From Octopus bimaculoides (Eukaryota), in contig NC_068985.1 in assembly GCF_001194135.2 (NCBI RefSeq), positions 11,295,609 to 11,329,946 on the forward strand: a DNA stretch of 34,338 bases, read 5' to 3'. This document shows, one piece after another, positions 1-12,599 of the stretch. The notes below the pieces were generated by a model, which worked only from the letters and a program-made list of their open reading frames with translations, searched no databases and was not told the origin of the DNA. Made by a program: the position numbers and the translations under genes. Within the stretch, counting starts at the first letter, position 1. Every line of letters starts with the position of its first letter.

Positions 1-346
1 TATATATGTTTATATATATATATATGTTTATATATATATATATGTTTATATATATATATATGTTTATATATATATATATGTTTATATATATATATATGTT
101 TATATATATATGTGTGTTTATATATATATATATGTGTTTATATATATGTACTTATATATGTATATACATATGTATATATATTTATATATGTATATACGTT
201 TATATATGTATATACATTCGGATATATATATTTATATATGTATATACATTCGGATATATATATTTATATATGTATATACATTCGGATATATATATTTATA
301 TATGTATATACATTCGGATATATATATATGTATTTTTATATGCATA

Positions 347-386
<40 letters not shown>

Positions 387-396
387 NNNNNNNNNN

Positions 397-431
<35 letters not shown>

Positions 432-600
432 TTACATACATGCATATATACGTATATATGTGTGGGTAAATATATACATATATATATTTGCACATATATA
501 TTGATATAAATATGTGTGTATGTATGTATTTATATTTATATATATGTATATATCTATCTATATATATGTATATATATAAATACATATTTATATATATATA
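1..600. repeat. Compound (TA)n-derived microsatellite/minisatellite containing an 18-bp unit (TGTTTATATATATATATA, about 6 copies, 1-135) and a 32-bp unit (4 copies, about 209-330); includes N-gap 387-396
   Basis: CATTCGG recurs at 215, 247, 279 and 311 (exact 32-bp period). The MFIYIY periodicity in the ORF track reflects the 18-bp unit. Confidence 0.95.
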
Positions 601-1275
601 TACACATGTATATTTCGATATATTACATATGTTATCGGTTGAAATGATTATTGATTAATAAATGTATATTAAAAAAGAAAATCGTTCCCAGACGTAACAA
701 ATCTAGTTGAAGGATTCTTCATATCACAGAAAGTATCGTACGTATGGGTGAATGCACAAACTGTTCTATATGCATGCACCTATAACAATAAAATTAGTGC
801 GCATATATATATATCTAGATACAAATCGCAGTACATGCTAAATTGGTGTATTATCTAAATCTATTGTGGAAAGAACGTTTCCGTTTATTACCAGGCACAT
901 CTATTCATATATTTACACAACAACATACACATATACACACATAAATCTATATTTACGTATTTGTGAATATGTATATCAACACACATACAGACGAATATAT
1001 ACATATATACATACATACGTACAAACACACACACATATATATATATATATATACGTGCTCATATATGAGCACATATTTTTTATAAGCATGCATACATATG
1101 GTTTTATATATATATATATACATACATACATATCCATACATACATATATTCATATATTTATGTTTACAAATATACGTAAATATAATTGCATGCATATACG
1201 TACAAACTCACACATATGCGTGTGTCCATGTTCGTTTAATCTTCACTATATATTCAACCCTCATATACACCTATG

Positions 1276-1332
<57 letters not shown>
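1276..1332. repeat. (CT)n followed by (TA)n compound microsatellite
   Basis: Direct reading of the sequence. Confidence 0.95.
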
Positions 1333-1884
1333 GACATATTAATGAAGGAAATATACACATAAAAATGCTTCTATTAAATTGTGTTGGTCTTGGTTGTGTT
1401 TTCTCCGCTTAAAAGATATTTTTCATGTAAAAGAACAGTGGTAGGCAAAAAGAGAAAGAAAAGTAAAGTTAATTACATTAAGTTATCTTGTTAGGATAGC
1501 TTAACTTAATCTATGACAATTCTCTCGCATTTTCTATAGAATATGGCTGTGACTGTATTGCTTAATTTTTCTCCTTGCATTGAGGCCTATCTGATTGTTT
1601 TATATGGCTTCTACATAAACCCACGAGAATTTATTTTAATATTTTTTTCATAATTATAATCAACATATCGTGAAAACACTCGACTACGTATATTTTCCTT
1701 ACATAATTGCAATATCATTCTAGATTAATTACGTCACTACCGGAGCACCAACTGCAATCATATCTCGTTACTTAAATATCATCTTCTAGACCTCAATTTT
1801 CATAGGATGTTATCTATTATATCGTGTAATCAAAGTTATTCCCCGCATTTTCTTTATTCGTTACCAAATCTAATATCATATTCT

Positions 1885-3030
1885 ACATGATTAAGACCAC
1901 CAACAACACTGCCAACAATAACACCGCCACCGCCGCCATTATGATTATCGTTGTCATCGTCGTCGTTGTAATGATCAGCATCATTGTCATCATTATCTAT
2001 ATAAGCATAACAGTTATCATCCTCGTCTTCAGCGCCGTTATACTGTCTCCTATAAAACTCTCTGCCACACTTGTAGCTCTTTCTGTCAACATTTACACCA
2101 TCGTCGTCATCATCGGACGCTGATAATTGCTGTCGTCATCGACGTCAAAGTTGTCTATGTCGTCGTCATCTTGAAAATCCTCTTCTATCGCTCTAAACAT
2201 TACCACAACCAACAGCAACCTCACCACCACTACCCTCACTACCGTCATTGCCGTCCTCTTCCATCGGCAAAATCACCACCACCAGCAATACTACCACCAG
2301 TGTCACCATACTCTTCCTACTCCACCTCCTCATTCTGATTTTTATATAACAGCATTGTTTTCACCGTTGTCACCATGCCTCTGTCTCTATACACTGTATT
2401 CCGCAGACCCTGTCCTCTCTCATTGTCATTCTTTCCCATAGTCAGCTTTGCCGCTTTCTAAATCTGTCAGGTTTAGCGTCAGAAACAAAACCGCCTCTAA
2501 CACTAGCAAAAATCATATTAATCAACACTATCCCCCTCTCGCGCTCTCTCCCCAGCACAACCCTCAACATCGCAATCAACAGCCCTATTATCATTATTAT
2601 ATCGACTATCATTCTAAAACTTATTATCTTAGCTTCATTATCATCGGAGGTAATATCCTCCAAACAGCGCGCATCATCACATTCATCGTAGTCAACGCAA
2701 TCATATCATCATCATCATTATAATCAATATCGTCGCGGCCACCATCATGGCAATCGTCATCCCCTCCTATTCCTACTCTTCCTCCTCCTCTCCTTCAGCA
2801 CCCTTATCATCATAATCATCATCCCCGTCATTACCATCCCCTTCTCAGCACCCGATTTTGCAATCACAAAATTCTTTTCCTAATCAAGTGTGCCCATCTT
2901 CAAAATGCCATTAGCATGATACACTCCCTCCTCCACCTCTTCCCCTCCTTTTCTTTCTCTTTATCATAATCATGAACATCAAGACCACAATCATGATGAA
3001 CATTAACGCTGTAATCACGATTATTACTGA
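1885..3030. repeat. Degenerate trinucleotide low-complexity tract (CAT/CAC/CAA/CGT/CCT-rich, G-poor on + strand)
   Basis: Runs such as CACCGCCACCGCCGCC, ATCATCATCATCAT and CGTCGTCGT are interspersed over about 1.15 kb. All frames are interrupted by stops. Confidence 0.8.
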
Positions 3031-4089
3031 AATTATTTAAATGCACATTAAGTGTCCTTCAGCTCAAATAATCAACGAGACAATTAAACATATTTATATC
3101 GTAAAGAAGACACCCCTCGGGGTTACTTTTTTCCATTTACATTTATCGTTTTTAACTTTGGTCAAACACTTTTTCTACAATATAACCTCTAAAGCTCATG
3201 GAACTCTAAGAAACATCCCTTGTCCACGTGTATATATACTATATTGTTGACATTACGTATATCTCATCACATACTACCATGCATAAATTATATAGTTCTG
3301 TAGCTCATTCAAATACATTGGTCTGACATTTTGTATTTGAATGTTTGTTGTGAGTATTACATAAAATTATATATCTTTTTTTAATGTTTCGTTTTAAACA
3401 TTTGAGATTTTATCTTACATTGAGTGATGTGAAATCCTCTTCCAATTATACTTATAAAATTCCAACAATTTTGAGATTGATTAATGCTAATCGCATTTGT
3501 AAAAATGTAAATCTGTTGAAATATTCTTCAACGTCGTCATTATCACACATTAATATTCTATTTTTTTAAAAATTTTCGCTTCAACATTTATTATTGTTTT
3601 TGTTTATATTCCATTTTAAGAGATATTGATATTTTACATTTAAAGATGCGTGTTAAGAACCAACAAAAATATATAAAATTCTAGAGGTTTTTTTTTTTAA
3701 AGGACATCGCTATAGTTATATTTCTCTAAACACTGACATGACTTTTCTAATCTCATTTGTTCAACACTGTTACCTTTCTGTTTAATATTTACTGAATACA
3801 TTAAAATCATCATAACCTATATGTGAATTCGTCAGTATGATGATATTACTGCCATTGGTGTACTTCCTTGGGGACAATTACTTCTCATTCCTCTGCGCGT
3901 TATTATTAACATATATCTATTTATAGATAAGTAAAAGCCTATACGAAATATCCTGAGATTAAGCTGGAGAAACAATACAAGCGTCCAAACGTTCATCAAT
4001 GAAAACCTGCTTATATGTATGTACATACAAACATGCATAAATACTATATATATATATATATGTGTGTGTATGTGTGTGTGTGTGTGTGC

Positions 4090-4125
<36 letters not shown>

Positions 4126-4275
4126 GTGTAAATATACAAATTTATAAATTTATATGTTTATACATGTGAATGTATATACATGCGAATGCCTATACATGCA
4201 TACACATGTGCGTATACATAGATTTTCTAGATATATATACTTATAGGCACAAACGCACACATACATAATATATAC

Positions 4276-4320
<45 letters not shown>

Positions 4321-4886
4321 ATCAGGGCCGATTGTTAGATTGATCGATGGAGGTATAGATGTCTACAAGAAATTCTACATGGGGATATTTTGCGTAAAGA
4401 AAGGAATATATTAGTAGTTATTCTTGTATGTATGTATGTATGTATGTATATGCATGTATATATCTGTATATATGTACGCATATATTTATTTATATTGTAA
4501 ATATATTGTATTGTGGCTGATACGTAGCTGTATAAATAGATAGATAGAACTGGGGAGAGAGAGAGAAAGAGGTGAGTCTTTAACATAGCAATAATGGACT
4601 AAGTATATTATTGATGGATGTAGGGATTAAAACTGTCTTTATCCAAATTACACATTTATGGCTATAATTTGTGATATTTATCTCTTGAAATATTTATTCT
4701 TATAAAATATTTATACCTTGAAATTTTTATTTTTTCTGTCCCTTCTGCTTTTTCTGTGTAACCAAAGGGGTACATAAATATATTTTCAATTGGAACATTA
4801 CAATAAGGCATATTATGCTTTAGCAATATAAATTTTGTTCTTATCTTATTCTATTGTGAAAATTTTCTTTCAATAGCGCATATATA

Positions 4887-4922
<36 letters not shown>

Positions 4923-4997
4923 TATTTGATTTGGTTTCTCGAATTGTCATTGAACATATCTTTGCTGAATAATTCTGTTTATTTTACATGTAATTTG

Positions 4998-5035
<38 letters not shown>

Positions 5036-6683
5036 CGTATTATTATTGCAGTCGTTTTTTATCACTTTAATGATTATTGTCATTAAACTATTTTTGCAAA
5101 TCACTATAACTACATTTTCATTTTGTTTGCAATCAGATGCTTGTCACAGGTCTAGCTGACCTTGATTACGTATTTTCATTATATCTTTCTTTCCGGCCTT
5201 CGGTAAAGCTGGCCATTGCTTGCTAATAAATTGTAGAACACATACATATCAACAGATAAATAGATAAACAGAGAGAGAGAGAGAGAGGGAGAGGGAGAGG
5301 ATGCAGGTATTCCTGTCTCGTCCAGTTCCCCAATGTATTATTTCGTTATCTAAGCCAATTAGTAATTTCATTGGTTTAAAGCGGCTTTTAAGAAACAAAT
5401 TTAAATTGTTAAAATTGGTAGACGCCCATCTACGTTGGATATTTATTATTTTTTTCTAATTTGACTCATAAATACGAGAAAAAATAACAGAAAATATTAA
5501 ATATATTTGAATGCATATAGTTATACAAAAAAAAATATATATGTAGTATACATGAAATAATTATGAATGAAGTATTAATTATGAAATATAATAATTAGCA
5601 TAGAAGATAATAACTAATATTAATAATTTAACAAGCTTTCAAGCACCGAATTGGAAATTTTGACAAATATATCTCCTGATATTTGTAAGAATTCGAACAG
5701 GTGCAATAAAAAGAAAAAGCGGAAAATCAAAAGGAATTCAAAGAAGTGCGTAATGGAAAGATTAATTTTGAAAGTAAAGCGCTAAATAAAATGAAAAAAA
5801 AAAAAATAAAGAAGATTTGTACAATGAAGTACATTTGTACCAAAACAAAATCTGTTATGTCGTATAGTGAAATATTTTAAAAGTAACATACGCTTACATA
5901 CACAGATATGCATATGCATACATCTACATTTCTTCGCACGCACATAATTACATACATACATACAAATATACATATATACACAGGTACATACATACCTGAA
6001 GGTATTTCAATGTTTAATCACTCCAGTATTATTTACATTACTGCTGAAAGTAAATAATATTTCACTATGACATCCGTTGATCTCTCTCTCTCTCGCAAAC
6101 TCTCTGTATCTCTATCTCTGTCTCTGTCTCTCTCTCTCAAACTATCTCTATCTCTGTCTGTCTCTCTCTCTCACCCTCAGAATAAATTCCGTTCACAAAT
6201 GCATCTTCACTACTTCTAACATAATTTTTACAAATGCTCAGATCACATATGAAGCGGAAGAGCGTAAAATTGCAGAAATGCACTGGTTGTATAAATTATA
6301 TTTTAATTTTAGATTATTTTTCTAGACTTCCTGCTTTTGCGAATATCCCTTTAATACAAATAACCAAAGAGCGGGGCAAAATCATGGAGAAACATATTGA
6401 TGTCACCCCTAAAATTGCGTGTTGTCAATGAATAAATGTATCTGGAATACAATGGAAATTACATATTACATAATAATATGGAAAGACTACAAAGATATAC
6501 ATTAAGTAAGATTTATGCCCGATTGTTAGATGCAAAAATTACCTGCAGTCCTGTATTGTGGTATGATGGTGTTTGACATATGCATATATTCATTCTCGTC
6601 GAAAGAACAGAATAGAAGAGGGGTGATTATACCGATTATGCGCGCAAGCACATTATTACACACATATATATGAAAATGAACAT

Positions 6684-6749
<66 letters not shown>

Positions 6750-7309
6750 GTATGTATGCATGCATATATATATATGCGAGAGAGAGAGAGAGAGCGAGAG
6801 CGAGCGATGTACACAGAGATAAAGAGAGTGATATATATATATATATATGTGTGTGTTTATGTTTATGCATGTTTGTGTGTACATAGAAGCGCTTGGCATT
6901 AGAAACAATACGAGATTACTCGATACATGTAGTAGATCATTTTTCATATCATTTACTTGAAGATGAGGATTTCACCATCGCAAATCTGGCGTTTCGCAGT
7001 TGCCAGTCTTACAGCCACTGAATCACAGAAGCTTCGATATAAGACTGACTCCGAATAAATGAATGTATAAAGTATATATCTGATTATGTATTGTGCGTGC
7101 AAGGACGTGTGTGCGTGTTTACGTGTGTGCGTCAGTTGCATGTAATTCATGGATTTATATTTCTGCTATTGAAATAAGTACTTACATGGGTTTTAAGCAT
7201 TTTAATTACAATAAAATTAATAGTGATCCTTTATTGAGAGATAAGATTAACCTTTGGAAAGTTTCCTTCAAGAATATGCCCAAAAACTTCACATGCATCT
7301 ACATGGCTA

Positions 7310-7344
<35 letters not shown>

Positions 7345-7412
7345 ACGTATACATACATATATATGTATGTATGTATGTGTATATATATATATGTGTATAT
7401 ATATGTATACAT

Positions 7413-7445
<33 letters not shown>

Positions 7446-7472
7446 CTTACACATAGATGGATATATGTATAG

Positions 7473-7568
<96 letters not shown>

Positions 7569-7647
7569 ATATATATAGATAGATAGATATACACATGTAT
7601 ATATATGTATATATACATGCATATATATATATATTTATAACTTTTTT

Positions 7648-7711
<64 letters not shown>

Positions 7712-7730
7712 GTATATATATATATATCTT
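7310..7730. repeat. Long compound (TA)n/(TG)n/(CA)n microsatellite block
   Basis: Direct reading: long (TA)n at about 7484-7560 and (CA)n at about 7648-7708. Confidence 0.95.
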
Positions 7731-8087
7731 TGCGCATCGTTGCATAAGGGTGAATATATGTCCGATTCGAATCTATCGATACCACGACGGCTTTTAGTTT
7801 CGTGTATCAATAAAATCTTGGAATATCAGACAATAAAAACATTTATTTACATTTGTATTTTTTTGTGTGTATACACACAAACAAATACATACTCACATAA
7901 ATACGCACACACTCACGTATGTACATACACACACACACAGAGATACACACACACATATATATAATTATACATGCCTATTATATTCATTTACATATAAAAT
8001 TAAACTTATATGTATATATGTTAGGATTGTATACTTATGTATACAGGGATGTATGACTGAATTTATATGTATATATATATATATATA

Positions 8088-8138
8088 TTATATATTAATA
8101 TATATATGTATACATACATGCTCACACATTTATATATT

Positions 8139-8180
<42 letters not shown>

Positions 8181-8225
8181 TAATATATATATATGTATAC
8201 ATACATGCTCACACATTTATATATT

Positions 8226-8260
<35 letters not shown>
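8088..8260. repeat. Two-copy tandem duplication (about 87-bp unit) inside a TA-rich tract
   Basis: TATACATACATGCTCACACATTTATATATTTACAT occurs at about 8109 and about 8196. Confidence 0.85.
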
Positions 8261-8282
<22 letters not shown>

Positions 8283-9207
8283 TTATATATGTATATCTGT
8301 ATAAGTTGTTATCTGAGCGTGAATATATATATATATATGTATTACATGATCGTTTGTCTTCAAAATATACTTGCAGCTTTACTGTTTCCTAGAGTTAGTT
8401 AATTTTCGTCTACACTCCATTAACCTATGCATCTCTGCTCTCTTAGACACGTTGCTGCCCTTACACATTAACGTATCGTCCATTGTTTTATTATATGCAA
8501 TATTGTTACTTTCAAGTAAGCATTATTGTTTTTATTTTTCTTACAATACCAGCTGAGAGCGTTTCAATTGATATTTATATATGTGTGTGTATTTTTGTGT
8601 ATTTATAGGTGTGTTCATATGTATGTATTTAAATCTCACATATTTTTTTTGTAAAATCTGTCTTTCATTTCATATGTTCCCTCCCTCAATTGGCATCCGC
8701 GTTCTTTTTCTTTTAATTTCTTCTATTCTTCTTATTCAATTTTATTTATTTACATTTTCTCTGTCATTATTTTCTTTTCTGTTTTTATCAATTGCTTTTG
8801 GACACTTTCACTTATCAGATAAAATAAATTTAAATCGTCGTTTCCTTCATTAAAACATTTATTTATCCGATATATTATATAATAGTAATTAATATTTGTT
8901 TAAATAATAATTCGTTGATTCACACATCTATTTAGCAGTTGATTTGTTATTATTGTTATTAGTATTTCATTTTATATTTATTTAATTACTTAATTTGATC
9001 TTTACTTTATTTCTTAATTAAATACTCCCCTAGTTGTTATTGTGATTATAATTGAATTTTTATTACTAATATATTTATGTAATGATATTAAATTATTACT
9101 TCTTAAAACGGAAGTAATTCTCATATCCCACCAATTTAGATTCAAGCATTTATAATAAATATAATAAAGATTAATATCATTACAACCATTCCTTATTATT
9201 GTTGTCC

Positions 9208-9584
9208 TTTGTTGTAGGAAGAAGAAAAGGAGGGGGAGGTGGAGTAAGAGTAAAAGTGATAGTTTTAGTATTGATAGTAACAAAATGAGCATTCATAATG
9301 ATAATAATAGTAGTAACAGCAATTGTAATCGAATTAGTAATTTTGTAGGTCTGTACCATTCTTTACAATTTTCAGTTTATTATTGTTATAATTTTCTTTT
9401 TTTCTTTTTCATTTTTTTTTCTTTGGAATGCTAAAATGTACCACATTCATTCAAGAACTTGTCTCGAAAATTCGTCAGTCCTGCATTCAAGAAGTTTCGG
9501 TTTATGCATTTAGCACCGTTCTCTTCTGTGTGTATCGACATTGCCACTTCCGAGAATTTCATAAGGTATATGTAGGTAAATATA

Positions 9585-9663
<79 letters not shown>

Positions 9664-10331
9664 GTATATGTGTATATATATATGTATATATATATATACA
9701 CGTCTATATATATGTGTGTGTATATATGTTATGTATGTATTTACAGGTACATATACATACATATATACGCATATATATACATGTATATATATATATATAG
9801 ATATATATATAGACTTACATATATATTCGTATGTGTTTTAAATTTCCTGCCCGTTTCTTAGAGTCACCGTTAAAAGTTCCATCTCACAATACCAAGTAAT
9901 TCTAGAGCAGCTCGAAACTCGCTTTTTGATATCATTTGATTTCCTGCAAAATACGACGAGAAATAAAAACGAATTACAATCACGAATAGCAAGAGAACTG
10001 CATATAAGCATACAAGTATCCATCCATAATCCATTCATCTCTGATATATATATATATATATGTATGTACGTGTATGTCTATATATATATATATATATATA
10101 TAAATAAAAAAGAAAACTCCCGAGTCCATTACAAATCAAATTCTATGATTATCACATGAATCGACAAATATTTGCAAATCATTTGTTGTCGGAAGAGGAA
10201 AAGGGGGAGGTGGAGGTGGAATATAAGCAAAAGTAATAATTTTAGTATTGATAGCAACAAATGAGCAGTCAAAATGGTAATAATAGTAGTAATAGCATTT
10301 TCAACAGAATTAGTTATTTTGTAGGTCTGTA
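9208..10331 (+). repeat. Diverged direct duplication of about 150 bp (9208-9355 and 10182-10331)
   Basis: Shared TTTGTTGT.GGAAGA...GGGGGAGGTGGAG...TTTTAGTATTGATAG.AACAAA.TGAGCA...AATAGTAGTAA.AGCA...GAATTAGT.ATTTTGTAGGTCTGTA. Confidence 0.85.
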
Positions 10332-10751
10332 ACATATTCGCTTACATCCGTTATTTATATATTTTTTCCTTTGTGCTTCAAATATACTACAGATGATGGT
10401 ACGGGTTTGTTCCTCTAGTTAGCAATATATATTGTATACACAGGGTACGCAGGATCTGCCTGGTGTTAAACTAATGGTAACTTTGATGTGGTGATTAACT
10501 TTACTTGTGAATATAGTTACTACACTGATCTCTACTTGAGATTTTACAACTAGCTATTTTGGTTGCTGCAGATCAGCGACCGGTGGATGCTCTGATTGCA
10601 ATATATTGCTGGTTGAAGCGGACCACGGCTATTGCTCTTGTGACCATGTACTCACGACTGAAGATAAGCCAACCAGCTCGAAAGTGTGTCAGTCTCGGCA
10701 TCTTGTCTGCTAGAGCATGATAGGGGTTCATACCTCCTATCACGTAAAGAC

Positions 10752-10795
10752 AGGCGAAATACCGCTAAGCATTTCGCCTGGTGTGCTAACATTTC
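10752..10795 (-). mobile_element. tRNA-head fragment of SINE family A (working label)
   Basis: GCGAAATACCGCTAAGCATTTCGCCTGGTGTGCTAACATTTCT matches the head of the adjacent full copy (about 10958-11001). Confidence 0.75.
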
Positions 10796-11016
10796 TTATT
10801 TCTGTATTGCCCACAAGGGGCTAAACATAGAGGGGACAAACAAAGGATTAAGTCGATTACATCGACCCAGTGCGTAACTGGTACTTAATTTATCGACCCC
10901 GAAACGATGAAAGGCAAATCGACCTCGGCGGAATTTGAATTCAGAACGTAACGGCAGACGAAATACCGCTAAGCATTTCGCCCGGCATGCTCACGTTTCT
11001 GCCAGCTCGTCGCCTT
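10796..11016 (-). mobile_element. Full-length tRNA-derived SINE, family A (Octopus-type; central domain resembles the MetaSINE domain)
   Basis: The minus strand starts TAAGGCGACGAGCTGGCAGAA (A-box-like), then GAATTCAAATTCC (B-box-like), then GGTCGATTTGCCTTTCATCGTTTCGGGGTCGATAAATTAAGTACCAG. Homologous copies lie at 21191-21426 and 30374-30579. The Meta-domain assignment is from memory. Confidence 0.9.
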
Positions 11017-11020
11017 AATA

Positions 11021-11130
11021 TCATTCTTTTCTACTTTCTTTTCTACTCTAGGCACAAGGCCCGAAATTTTTGGGGAGGTGGCTAGTCGATTAGGTCGACT
11101 CCAGTACGCAGCTGGTATTGAATTTAACGA
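11021..11130 (-). mobile_element. 3' part of a family-A SINE variant with an alternative tail
   Basis: GTCGATTAGGTCGACTCCAGTACGCAGCTGGTA matches the family-A core. The tail CTAGGCACAAGGCCCGAAATTT matches the tail of the + copy at 30541-30579. Confidence 0.8.
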
Positions 11131-12014
11131 ACCCCTCTGCTAGCAATGTGTATTGTATATACAGGGTGCAGCGTTACATCCATAACCAGCTGGCGAAGAT
11201 CTGTCTGGTGTTAGACAAGTAGTAACATGGAACAGCCATTTTAACGCTTTAAATGTTTTCAAAAGAACCTTATTTAAAAACGTGCATCACTGATTTACCT
11301 TATTGCTGTTTTTATCATGAGAAGGAATAAGAACGAAGGAAGGCGGAACAGAGGTAGAGATGAAGAAATGAACGGCTGGGAGAGAGAATATTTCTTTGAC
11401 ATAGGGGGAATGAAAGAAATAGTATAGATGAAAAGAGATAGAATAGATGAAATAAGGAAAAGGGCAAAACTAAGATGCATGAGGTGAAAGGGAGTCTTTC
11501 TCCCCACGTTGGTGGTCAACGGAATTTCACTAACCCGACGATAAATCAGATGGGAATGATGGCTGACGACACAGCAAAATCGAAAGACATAAGCAATGAA
11601 CGAAAGGACTAAGTAAGTTGGTAACAAAAGAGCAAGGCATGCCGAGATTGGAAGAAGGGTACAAGGAGAATAAACAGAAAAAACTGCCAGGATAGCTAAG
11701 TAATAAAGGCTTAACAACCTTGAGAAATCATACTTTACATAATAGGCAAAAGCGGAATAAAATTTGATAATATAAGCTCGTTGGGAACTATATACGTTAT
11801 TTGTTTCAGACACAATAATGTATGACAAATAAATCCTTCTCTCGATTATTGGAAGACTTAAAGTATTCTGGCCCTCAGAAATTACGATGTACGCGCTCCG
11901 ATGACATAAAACTGCAAGAGTTTTCTGTCCCTGTCAGCAAGTTTAAAAACTTCATTATATTTCTGTGCGTGTGTATGTAAGTATATTTATGTAACATACT
12001 TATTTCTATATGAC

Positions 12015-12015
<1 letters not shown>

Positions 12016-12052
<37 letters not shown>
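12016..12052. repeat. (TATC)n tetranucleotide microsatellite
   Basis: About 9 perfect units. Confidence 0.95.
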
Positions 12053-12053
<1 letters not shown>

Positions 12054-12070
12054 GTAGACTGAAAGAAGAA

Positions 12071-12599
12071 NNNNNNNNNNNNNNNNNNNNNNNNNNNNNN
12101 NNNNNNNNNNNNNNNNNNNNNNNNNNNNNNNNNNNNNNNNNNNNNNNNNNNNNNNNNNNNNNNNNNNNNNNNNNNNNNNNNNNNNNNNNNNNNNNNNNNN
12201 NNNNNNNNNNNNNNNNNNNNNNNNNNNNNNNNNNNNNNNNNNNNNNNNNNNNNNNNNNNNNNNNNNNNNNNNNNNNNNNNNNNNNNNNNNNNNNNNNNNN
12301 NNNNNNNNNNNNNNNNNNNNNNNNNNNNNNNNNNNNNNNNNNNNNNNNNNNNNNNNNNNNNNNNNNNNNNNNNNNNNNNNNNNNNNNNNNNNNNNNNNNN
12401 NNNNNNNNNNNNNNNNNNNNNNNNNNNNNNNNNNNNNNNNNNNNNNNNNNNNNNNNNNNNNNNNNNNNNNNNNNNNNNNNNNNNNNNNNNNNNNNNNNNN
12501 NNNNNNNNNNNNNNNNNNNNNNNNNNNNNNNNNNNNNNNNNNNNNNNNNNNNNNNNNNNNNNNNNNNNNNNNNNNNNNNNNNNNNNNNNNNNNNNNNNN
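12071..12599. other. Assembly gap (N-run). Other gaps: 387-396, 14175-14385, 15424-16048, 26015-26601, 27344-27940, 30222-30321, 31035-31044
   Basis: Runs of n, nearly all flanked by microsatellites or SINE ends. Confidence 1.

Noticed and set aside
209-330. Regularly spaced CATTCGG motifs suggesting a CRISPR-like array
   Set aside because: The whole 32-bp unit is repeated with no unique spacers, the context is eukaryotic and there are no cas genes; it is a minisatellite.
6-1412. Long ORFs rich in IY/YI/TH/CV dipeptides (also 6526-8402, 9428-9861, 16118-16505, 23134-23465, 32734-33864)
   Set aside because: They are translations of (TA)n/(CA)n/(TG)n microsatellites, which lack stop codons; there are no coding features.
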